From: Octopus vulgaris
Taxonomy: Eukaryota
Assembly (NCBI GenBank): GCA_951406725.2
Contig: OX597839.1
Location: 1,488,001-1,552,000 of the forward strand
Length of the DNA stretch: 64,000 nt
Reading direction: 5' to 3'
Below the pieces are notes generated by a model. The model was not told where the DNA came from, did not search any database, and was given only the letters and a program-made list of their open reading frames with translations. Positions within the stretch are counted from its first letter, which is position 1. Each line of letters starts with the position of its first letter. This document shows, piece after piece, positions 1-59,700 of the stretch. Position numbers and translations under genes: made by a program.

Positions 1-649
1 AATGACCATGGAATTTCATGGCAGACCATCTGTTGCCGATATATATCAGTCTCCCCTCCCCACGCCACTGATGTTATCCAACGGAAAGGCAAAGGCCGAT
101 AAAGCTTCGTCGATGCAGATTTGCACCAGTGACGTCGCAACACATTTCTACAGATGAGTGAACTGAAGCAATGTGAAATAAAGTGACTTGCTGAAGAACA
201 CAACACAAAGACAGAAGCAGCTTTCACTCTCCCGGATAGATAATGTATATGCTGTAGGGTCAGAGAGTGAGGAAGTGTAAAGAATTTTGTGTCTGCTCGT
301 AATGGCATAGCCACCTAAAATAATTAGCAAAAGAACACTACTTTACCAATTATACTTCTTTCCCGGTGGCGGCCATCTCATTAATCTATATTGTAGTGTG
401 AACGAGGAAAGAGGACAACAGAAAAAAAGAGAATGGAAATACAATCAGGCCTTACGTCGGCGAAGATTAGTTCGGATCCCTCTCAGCCAGCTCGATACGT
501 CTAGTGCCTTCGTCGTCTCAACAGCAACTGCTCGATCCCACACGTGCGTCCTCACTCCCGCTTCCGCTTCCTGCCGCGCATGCGCCCTAAAGCCCTACTT
601 CCGCCCTCACCTATCTGTCATCCTCTCACCAAAACCATATATATATATA

Positions 650-716
<67 letters not shown>

Positions 717-736
717 TTTATTATTATTATTATTAT

Positions 737-768
<32 letters not shown>

Positions 769-1356
769 ACAGAAAAGAGGAATTTCGATTATCCCCTCGT
801 GGTGAGTTGTAATGTATATAAGAAATTAAAAAAGGAAAATACGCAAACTTACATAGTTTTAATATAATTTTTAATATATCGACCGGTTTCGCTATCGCTA
901 TTAATGATATTGTTTTACTTATTTGAATATATATTTTTCTTAAGAAGAAATTTTGTCCATGTTGCGTGTGATGAAATTCACAAGTGAATGACTTCACAAG
1001 TAGATAAATAAAGGGAGGTAATTGGTTGTCGTTATTATTGTTATTGTTGTGGGTAAGGGAGATAACTGTTCAGCTTTCGGTAATGGGAAGGGAATATATA
1101 TGTGTACAGACAGAGACAAGTTTCAAAAACCTTGTTTAGTGAGGGGATTTATGTACAGTGATGTAATTGTGAATTGAAATATGTAAAAAGATAAAAGTTT
1201 GTTATGCAACTGAAATAAATAAAACAATTAAAACTTGTCATTTTAATCCCCAGAAAGTTTCGGCTGATATAATCCCCAGACTTCATCAGGTGTCCTGGAA
1301 CAATTTCGAACCTTGATTCTCATTTCTAAAGTATTTTTCCAATGTTATTATTGTTA

Positions 1357-1444
<88 letters not shown>

Positions 1445-1541
1445 TATGCCCACGAGCATAAAGCGTAGTGGTTAAGAATTCAGGCTACTAATCCCAAGAT
1501 TCCGAGTTCGATTTCAAGCAGTGACATGAATAATAATGATG

Positions 1542-1656
<115 letters not shown>

Positions 1657-2401
1657 TATTGAAAAAGTACCTTAAGAATGAGAATCCAGGGCTGGGTTCA
1701 AAATTCTAACAGGACACCTGATGAAGGCTCGAGAGTATATCGGCTGAAACTCTTTCTTAACAACAAACAAGATGAGAAGAAATATCCGTCAAATGCAAAT
1801 GATTAGCAATGTTTACCCCTTATTTGTTTCAAACTTTGGGTTGCGAACAATCTGAGGGTAGTACTTGAACGATTTAGTAGGAGAAATCAACCCAGATAAT
1901 AATTATTATTTAACTCTGATGTTTGTACAATCGACATATTTTCTGAACCGATCAGTGACGAGAACGAGAACAAACCAGCACATGTTGTCACTCGGGATGG
2001 GAACAAAAGCAAACAGAAGACATACGCAGGTGTGTGTGTGAGCGTGTGTGTTTGTGTGTGTGTGTGTGGGGGGGTATTTCTGAATGCATGTTTGCATGTG
2101 ACTGGCTCCTACATAGATTCCGTCTACCAAATCTACTCAGAGGGTATTTCGTTGGCCCAATTCTACTGCAGAAGAAACTTGCCTACGGTGCCACACTGTG
2201 GAACTGACGCCGAAATCTACGTGGTCACAAAGCGAACTTGTTAACCACACAGTCATGCGAGCACCTATGTATTTGTTTCAGTTATTAGACAGTGGCCAAG
2301 ATGGGGCATCGCCTTTAAGAACTTTTAGCCGAATGTATCAACCACAGCACTTGTTTTTTCAAGCCTGCTATTTATTCGAACAAAAACTTGTGTATATATA
2401 C

Positions 2402-2474
<73 letters not shown>

Positions 2475-2508
2475 TAAATACATATATATATACATATATA
2501 TATGTATT

Positions 2509-2539
<31 letters not shown>

Positions 2540-3591
2540 GTATATATATGTGTGTGTATATATATATATATGTGTATGTATGTATATATATATATATATA
2601 TGTTTGTATGTATATATATAGAGACACACATACTCACCTCATCCTAACCCCAAAATCATTGATGCTTGAGGGAGAGCCGAAAAAAGGAAAAAAAGGGTAC
2701 ATTCTTTTCAATTCCACATTTCTCTTGAAACGGACAGGTTAGTGACAACTTCACTACTACAATAATGTAAATCTTTTTGAACTCATAATATTCTGTATGT
2801 GTATACTGAACTTTTTTTAATAATTCCTCCTGGAAATTACCCTGAGATGTATAATATATTTGTTTTAATCTTTTCTGCCCACTATTTCAATGAGCTTGTT
2901 AAACTTTTTTATATTCTCAACATACTGTTGTCACCAAAGACTGTATATTTATATGGATTATAGTACTCTGTGTCAACCAATATTCTGTGCATGTTTGAAT
3001 ATACAGATACAGTACCAATATCAATTCCTTCTGGAAACTATCTTAAGTATGTCCTTGAGAACGATTATTTATGTAATCTTTTTTGCCCAATATTTTAAGG
3101 AACTTGTTGAACTTTTTTATGTCCTTAACATGTCCCTGTTACCAAAGACTGTATATATATATGTAATGTAGCAATATGCAACAACCAATAATTAACGCAA
3201 CCAAACTTCCACGTGTTACTTTTGACAATCTTTTTCCAAAGAGTGAAACCGGTAAAGTAAATAAACATCTTTTAAATTGCATTTTTAAACCTTCTTTCGT
3301 ATATATATATATATATACGATGGGATTTTGTTTACAGTTTGTCTACCATGTCCAATCATGAGGTTTTGATCGACTCGAGACAATAGTAGAAGACATTTGC
3401 CCAAGGTGCCACGAAGTGGGTCTGAACACGGAACGACGTGGCTGGGAAGTTCATCCATACACAGCTGACTCGATAATTTCATTAAATACGATTACTGAAG
3501 CCATTCAAAATAATATACAAGTACAACATATTTTACAAGAAATATGATCACAAAAGAATGAAATCAACGAGCAATTTGTTAATATGCTTAC

Positions 3592-21990
<18,399 letters not shown>

Positions 21991-22789
21991 CGTTACCCCT
22001 CTCTCTTCGGCGAATTACGTTTTAGCTAGAACAAAAAAAGTTGCCTTTTTATACACGCTGTACTCACACTTTAGCCCTCTCTCTCTACCTTTTTCTGTTA
22101 CGTGTCTCTTTCCTTCTTCCTCTCTTTCTTTATTTGTCCATATATCCCTCTGTCTCACCCTCCATCTCTCCCTCTCTCTCTTCTCTCACTCTTGCAGTAT
22201 GTATTTCTCATTATCTCTCATATTCACACCAGGCGAGAACATATGCACGCACATGCACAAACTCCAGCCCCCTTTACTCACTTCTCGCTCTCTCTGCCTC
22301 TCTCCCCCTTCGTGCATCTTTCATTATCTCAATCGTTACGCATCCCCTTCTGTGTGCCCCCCTTTCACTCTCTCTCTTTCACACACACACACACATACAC
22401 ACACAGATCTATATACATGCATTGTAATATCTTCGGGCACATTACGCTAGTCATTCCTCTCTATTCTATTGCGCAACATATCGTTCACTACAACAGTGAC
22501 CACCACCATCAACACATTCACCAACAACAAAACCACCACCCTCGCCAACAACTGTATCCCCACCACCACTCTCTACTTTTCTATTAATCTTAATCTCAAA
22601 ACACTTTGACTTTATCTTCCACTCTTCTTATTCGTCAGTCAGTGGACTTTGACCCAGCTGGAGCAACATTTTGAAAGTTTTAATAGGGAAAAAAATCGTG
22701 CTTCCTTCTCGCCGCCCTCAAGAATTTCAGTTTTGTTTTGATTTTATGTTTCTGTGCGTGTGTGTGCGTGTGTTTGTGTGTGTGCGTGT

Positions 22790-22842
<53 letters not shown>

Positions 22843-22844
22843 TT

Positions 22845-24224
22845 ACGATTCCTTATCGCATTCCTTGAGGAAAATAACTTGCTGAGTAATACCCAGCATG
22901 GTTTTCGACCAGGTAGGAGCTGCCTGACCCAGCTCTTACAGCATTATGACTGGGTGTTGAGGCAGTTACTCAACAAATCAAATGTGGACGTAATCTACCT
23001 TGATTTTGCAAAAGCTTTTGACAAGGTGGATATGCCACAAACTACGTGACCTCGGCATAGCTGGAAAACTTGGAGTGTGGTTGCATGACTTCCTGAAAGA
23101 TAGGAGTCAGGCAGTAGTGGTTAATGGAGCCACCTCTATGAACACACAAATAGTGAGCGGTGTTCCACAGGGCACTGTCTTGGGACCACTGCTTTTTATA
23201 GTGTCCCTCTCAGATATGCCCTCAAATGCCCGGATAGCCACTCTGGCCAGCTATGCAGACGATACGAAAGTCTCGCAGAAAATACAGAACCCCAGCGATG
23301 TTGCACACCTGCAGCAGGAGTTGGACTCAATCTACAGATGGGCTGAGGATAATAATATGCAGTTTAATGCTGAAAAATTCCAGGCGCTGCGCTACCAGCA
23401 TCCAAAACTGAATATTAAAATTACAGGATACACCGGTCCACAGGGAATTTCAATCCCAGAGCCTAAGTCTGTGAGGGACCTGGGTATCGACATGAGTGAT
23501 GATACCTCTTTCCAAGTGCACATTACCAGGATGGCGACAAAGTGCAGACGACTGGCTGGGTGGGTTCTAAGAACATTCAGAACCAGAGATAAGGAAACCA
23601 TGATGGTCCTCTGGCGGACATTCGTCCTCAGTCGCCTGGATTACTGCTCACAGCTATGGTCACCCATCAGTGTAAAATTAACAGCAGACCTTGAAGCAAT
23701 CCAGAGAAGATTCACAAAGAAGATCGTCTCTTTGCTCAGCTACTGGGAAAGGTTGAAACAGCTAAGACTCTACTCCCTGGAGAGAAGACGGGAGAGGTAT
23801 GCAGTAATATATGTCTGGAAGATCCTTGAAGGAATTGTGCCAAATTTTGGCATTGTAAGCTACACCAATGCTAGAACGGGACGACACTGCATAGTGCCAA
23901 AGATCTCAGCAATGCCATCACGCTTCAAGACCAACTTCTGCAACAGCCTGGGATTCAAGGGCAAACAGCTTTTTAATATTCTCCCAAAGAGTCTGAGGAA
24001 CTTGCACAAAGTACATGTAGCGGTTTTTAAATCAAAACTGGACGTCTTCCTGTCAAGAGTCCCAGATGAACCTACCTCACGGCAAGAGATGCAAATGAGA
24101 GTAGCTGTATCAAACTCCATTCTTCACCAAGTGCCACATAACAGACGAGGTTCGTCGCAATAACAGTGTAGCACAAAACGGCGATGCATCAGCATGGCCG
24201 CAGCTCTGAGCTGAAACTAGAGAA

Positions 24225-24228
<4 letters not shown>
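22845..24228 (+). mobile_element. 5'-truncated CR1/L2-clade LINE, RT domain
   Basis: QHGFRPGRSC, YLDFAKAFDKV, SGVPQGTVLGPLLF, YADDTK; frameshift near 23030; 3' tail gcatggccgcagctctgagctgaaactag followed by an A-rich end. Confidence 0.92.
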
Positions 24229-24253
<25 letters not shown>

Positions 24254-24261
<8 letters not shown>

Positions 24262-27200
24262 ATATTTCGGAATGGTCATATTGCCAGTTTAGCCAATAAA
24301 AACACACGCACTATATATTTGGTGTTATTTTGCTTCAGTGATATTTATTTTTTACATTAATCTTAATCTTATTTCGGCCAAAGTTCTTTCGTCACACTCC
24401 TGTGACCGCATCAGTGGTCCTTTGTTTTCTTCTCACTTACTTGTGTCTCTCCTTACTAACCGTCAGCCATTTTGTATTTCTATTGTATGTCTTCATTTGC
24501 GCATGCTTATATCTCTATGTGCGTCTATGTTTATTTAGTGTGTGGGGGGGGGGATGTCTGTAATATTTGTATCTTCTGGTTATATACATTCTTGTAATTT
24601 GTATTTTGTTTTTGTTGTTGTTGCTTTTGTTCTAATTTTGTTCATGTGTTTACATCCACCCATTATTATCATTACATATGCTTGTATGTATGTATAACAA
24701 CAATATTAGTAATAATAATAATAAATCTAATCGAGAAAAAAAAAAAAAAAAGAATATACATATACATATATATATATATATACATACACATACATATACA
24801 TATATATATATACATATATACACACATATATACACATATACATATACATATATATACACATATACATACACATAGATATTCATTTCTATTTCTTTAATTA
24901 CCTGTGTATTTATTATGTTTGCAGGATCCACTATTGTCATATGTTGTGGTGTGCGCTATTGCTCCATTCTAGTTTTCTATTCAGGCTAGGTTTATTTTCT
25001 ATTATATGTGTAGCTTCTGTAATTTGTCTAATTGTTGCATCTGTTCTATGTGTGGACAATATCTTAATCTCTATGTTATTGATTGATCCCCCGTGTTCTT
25101 GTTCGGCGTGTTGGTACAGAATCGATGAGCTTTTACCTTCCTTGAGTTGTCTCCAATGTTCATTCACCCGCTCACCAATGCTTCTTGCAGTTTCCCCTAC
25201 GTATGTTACTGTCTTGTTACTGCATCGTCCCTCTATACATCTTATACTATAGACCACATTTCTGGCTTTACAGTTCGTTTGTGGGCTAAATCTACATACA
25301 GTGCAATAGTTATCCGTACAGAGAGTTCTACTAAAAGGATAGGTTCTACCAATTATAGATCTGATAGGGTTGCCTGGCTTTTCAACAACCTTAATTCTTA
25401 GTTTAAGTTTATCTAGGGTCCTTCTAAAGCGGTACGCTAGTTCACCTCCAGGGGTGGTGTCAACGAACATGACACTCTGGTATTTATGGCTATCATACCA
25501 AGAGTTGGCCTTCCTTATTTTCTTTTTTGTCCTTTCTATAGTGTTCCATGACTTGTTCCTATAGAGTGGGCAAATCCCATTCCTATCATTACATAATATA
25601 TTATCAAATTTCTTCATGGCTCCTTTGTATACTCTGATCCTTTCTTTATGGCTGTAATAATAATAATAAAATATATGCCCAGGACGAGGGGGCAGCCATC
25701 GGTGTTAGTATCGCTGGTGATGTGGCCAACCTCTTCATGGTATGGTGGGACAGAAGGCTTAAAGAATGCCTACTGCAGAAATCCATACTCGTAAACATGT
25801 ACTCTCGCTATGTTGATGATATCAATATAGTAGTAAAGGCACCCCCACAAGAGAGTACGGTTGATATAGTAATAGAAACTAATACTATGGAGAGCATCCA
25901 GCAAATAGCTAACTCCATCCACCAGAGTATTAAGGTCACAATAGACTACCCCACTAAACACCCCAACCATAGACTACCAGTACTAGACACTGAACTCTGG
26001 CTAGAAATTGTGAAAAATAAAACCCAAATCCTTCATTCATACTATGCAAAACCTATGGCCTCAAAATACCTGATCCACCGGAACTCAGCCATTGCGGGCA
26101 ATGCCAAATTCAATATTTTGATGGCAGACCTCGTCAGAATAATGAGAAATGTGTCACGCATGTGCGAGCCTACAGAATTAAAGAGACACATACAGTATTT
26201 CATTCACCGCATGCAGTTCTCAGGTTACATCCATAAAAGAAAGGATCAGAGTATACAAAGGAGCCATGAAGAAATTTGATAATATATTATGTAATGATAG
26301 GAATGGGATTTGCCCACTCTATAGGAACAAGTCATGGAACACTATAGAAAGGACAAAAAAGAAAATAAGGAAGGCCAACTCTTGGTATGATAGCCATAAA
26401 TACCAGAGTGTCATGTTCGTTGACACCACCCCTGGAGGTGAACTAGCGTACCGCTTTAGAAGGACCCTAGATAAACTTAAACTAAGAATTAAGGTTGTTG
26501 AAAAGCCAGGCAACCCTATCAGATCTATAATTGGTAGAACCTATCCTTTTAGTAGAACTCTCTGTACGGATAACTATTGCACTGTATGTAGATTTAGCCC
26601 ACAAACGAACTGTAAAGCCAGAAATGTGGTCTATAGTATAAGATGTATAGAGGGACGATGCAGTAACAAGACAGTAACATACGTAGGGGAAACTGCAAGA
26701 AGCATTGGTGAGCGGGTGAATGAACATTGGAGACAACTCAAGGAAGGTAAAAGCTCATCGATTCTGTACCAACACGCCGAACAAGAACACGGGGGATCAA
26801 TCAATAACATAGAGATTAAGATATTGTCCACACATAGAACAGATGCAACAATTAGACAAATTACAGAAGCTACACATATAATAGAAAATAAACCTAGCCT
26901 GAATAGAAAACTAGAATGGAGCAATAGCGCACACCACAACATATGACAATAGTGGATCCTGCAAACATAATAAATACACAGGTAATTAAAGAAATAGAAA
27001 TGAATATCTATGTGTATGTATATGTGTATATATATGTATATGTATATGTGTATATATGTGTGTATATATGTATATATATATATGTATATGTATGTGTATG
27101 TATATATATATATATATGTATATGTATATTCTTTTTTTTTTTTTTTTTCTCGATTAGATTTATTATTATTATTACTAATATTGTTGTTATACATACATAC

Positions 27201-27653
27201 AAGCATATGTAATGATAATAATGGGTGGATGTAAACACATGAACAAAATTAGAACAAAAGCAACAACAACAAAAACAAAATACAAATTACAAGAATGTAT
27301 ATAACCAGAAGATACAAATATTACAGACATCCCCCCCCCCACACACTAAATAAACATAGACGCACATAGAGATATAAGCATGCGCAAATGAAGACATACA
27401 ATAGAAATACAAAATGGCTGACGGTTAGTAAGGAGAGACACAAGTAAGTGAGAAGAAAACAAGGACCACTGATGCGGTCACAGGAGTGTGACGAAAGAAC
27501 TTTGGCCGAAATAAGATTAAGATTAATGTAAAAAATAAATATCACTGAAGCAAAATAACACCAAATATATAGTGCGTGTGTTTTTATTGGCTAAACTGGC
27601 AATATGACCATTCCGAAATATAACAATATCTGTTTCAACACACGACTTCACAT
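24254..27653 (+). mobile_element. Penelope-like element, 5'-truncated RT + GIY-YIG, preceded by a 1.4-kb inverted copy of its 3' end
   Basis: From about 25660: NNKIYAQDEGAAIG...RYVDD...LPVLD; endonuclease VVYSIRC...YVGETAR. Arms 24254-25657 and 26225-27629 are reverse complements and give identical 226-aa ORFs on both strands. Confidence 0.92.
27463..27507 (+). ncRNA. Hammerhead-like motif, A9C variant (mirror copy 24376-24420 on minus)
   Basis: ggacca-CTGATGC-g-gtcaca-ggag-tgtgac-GAAAG-aa-CTT-tggcc. Confidence 0.5.
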
Positions 27654-28238
27654 AAAAAATCTTGCACAACAAATATTTAAACGTATATATATATATATTT
27701 CATTATATATTACACATACGCACACATAAATATACATACATATATATATGTACATACATCCATACATATATGTACAAATATAAACACACACATATAATAT
27801 GTATATATATATATATATATTTGTGTGTGTGTGTGTTTGTCTGTATGTACGTGTGTGTGTGTGTGTGTGTGTGTGTATAAGCCAAAACTTAACACTTCTA
27901 ATATTCTGTTCTATCAAAACAAAATAATGTTTAATTGATGAAACCTTATTATTCTCAACATTTTTTTATCATCTCCTTTATACCAAAAAAATTCCTGATT
28001 ACCTCCCTTCTTCTGGAACTCACCTACTTCACAGCATGATGAAGGGATGACACAATATCGAAAAAGAAATTTGAAAAATTTCGAAAGAAATACAAACAAA
28101 GCTTTATAACATTTTCTAACACGACAATTTAATATAATCTTTAACCATATAATACAAGTTTTCTGTAGTTTTTTAATTTTTTAATACGTACATCTTTATT
28201 TATATGTACATATATATATACATATATACATATACACA

Positions 28239-28275
<37 letters not shown>

Positions 28276-28529
28276 ATGGATGCATGTTTGCATGCACGTA
28301 TGAGTGTCTATATGAAATGACATTTGTAACTTCGACGCAAACATAATACCATTCGATCATACGGATAAGGGAATGGATTAGAAGGATTTTCAAAGTTTTA
28401 ATCAGCAAAAAGATGACAGTTAGATGAAAAATGAAAATTTCTTTAATAAAAATATCTTTATATATCTTCTATATTGCTACAATGGTTTATAAACTCTGTG
28501 TTACATCTGTTACATTCACATTCTGTTCT

Positions 28530-28535
28530 TTTATT
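28530..28535 (-). promoter_or_regulatory. Candidate polyadenylation signal of CYP copy B
   Basis: AATAAA on the minus strand about 60 nt after the stop codon. Confidence 0.45.
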
Positions 28536-28592
28536 CATTAATTCACATGTAATTTTACAAGTATGATTTCATACAGATGTACATTGAGCCTT

Positions 28593-58380
<29,788 letters not shown>

Positions 58381-59355
58381 CGTTACTCCTCTCTCTTCGG
58401 CGAATTACGTTTTAGTTGGGAAACTAAACAAGTTGACTTTTATACACGCTTTACTCACACTTTAACCCTCTCTCTCTACCTTTTCCCCCCATTTCTCTTT
58501 CCTTATATCCCTCTGTCTCACCCTCCCTCCCTCTTTCTCTCTCTCTCTCTCTCTTTCTCACTTTATATCAAACCCTTCCTCTTCCTACATCTCGTCAATT
58601 CTTTCTCACTCTTTCCCTCTATGTCTGACAAACACCCTCATACACACACATACACGCACTTACACACATGTATACGTCACAAACACACCCTCTTTCCCTC
58701 CCCTCCTACTTTCTTACTCTCTCTCTCTCTCTCTCTCTCCCTCTCTCTCTTCTCTCACTCTTGCAGTCTGTATTTCTCATTATCTCTCATATACACACCA
58801 CGCGAGTACATACGTACGCACATGCACACACTCCCGCCCCCTTTACTCACTTCTCGCCACCCCCCTTTCGTGTATCTTTCATTATCTCAATCGTTACGCA
58901 TCCCCTTCTGTGTGCCCCGCTCTCACTCTATCTCTTTCTCTATCTCTTTCACACTCACACACGTACACACATACACACACAGATCTATATACAGATCTAT
59001 CTATTCTATTGCGCAACATATCGTTCACTACAACAGCGACCACCACCATCAACACAATCACCAACAACAACACCACCCTCCCCAACAACTGTATTCCCAC
59101 CACCACCCTCTACTGTTCTTTGTATTAATCTTACTGACTAATGCCTGCGAATTATTACATAACAAATGGGTAACTCGGTGTGTATTGCGTAATCTAAACA
59201 AATATGTCAAAACACTTTGACTTTATCTTCCACTCTTCTTATTCGTCACAGTCACTGGACTTTGACCCAGCTGGAGCAACATTTTGAAAGTTTTAATTGA
59301 AAAAAATCGTGCTTCCTTCTCGCCGCCCTCAAGAACTTCAGTTTTGTTTTGATTT

Positions 59356-59401
<46 letters not shown>

Positions 59402-59642
59402 TGTGCGTGCGTGTGTGTGTGTGTGTGTGTGTCTGTCTGTGTATATGGCTACAGGACATCACCAACAGTACAAGGAATATGAAATACGTAAATAATTTAT
59501 TGCACGAAATGACGAGTAGATAGAGAGCCGACAACTGTTGAAGGGTTCTTTCTCTGTGCTTATTTCTGTTTTCCGTTCATTCTCGTTGTTTACGTATTTC
59601 ATGTAATTTACACCGTTGGTGACGTCCTGCACCCATATATGC

Positions 59643-59699
<57 letters not shown>

Positions 59700-59700
<1 letters not shown>

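Noticed and set aside
1448-1525. tRNA gene (also 10956-11035 and about 32975-33050)
   Set aside because: Box A/B present but no complete cloverleaf or terminator; SINE heads.
25722-26946. Selenoprotein-type or permuted-domain (Naiad/Chlamys) PLE
   Set aside because: The endonuclease is C-terminal and no in-frame TGA is needed; the break is a 1-nt frameshift.
27585-27629. Hammerhead-like tattgg...ccgaaatataacaata at the PLE terminus
   Set aside because: Has GAAA and a possible stem I but no recognisable CUGAnGA core.
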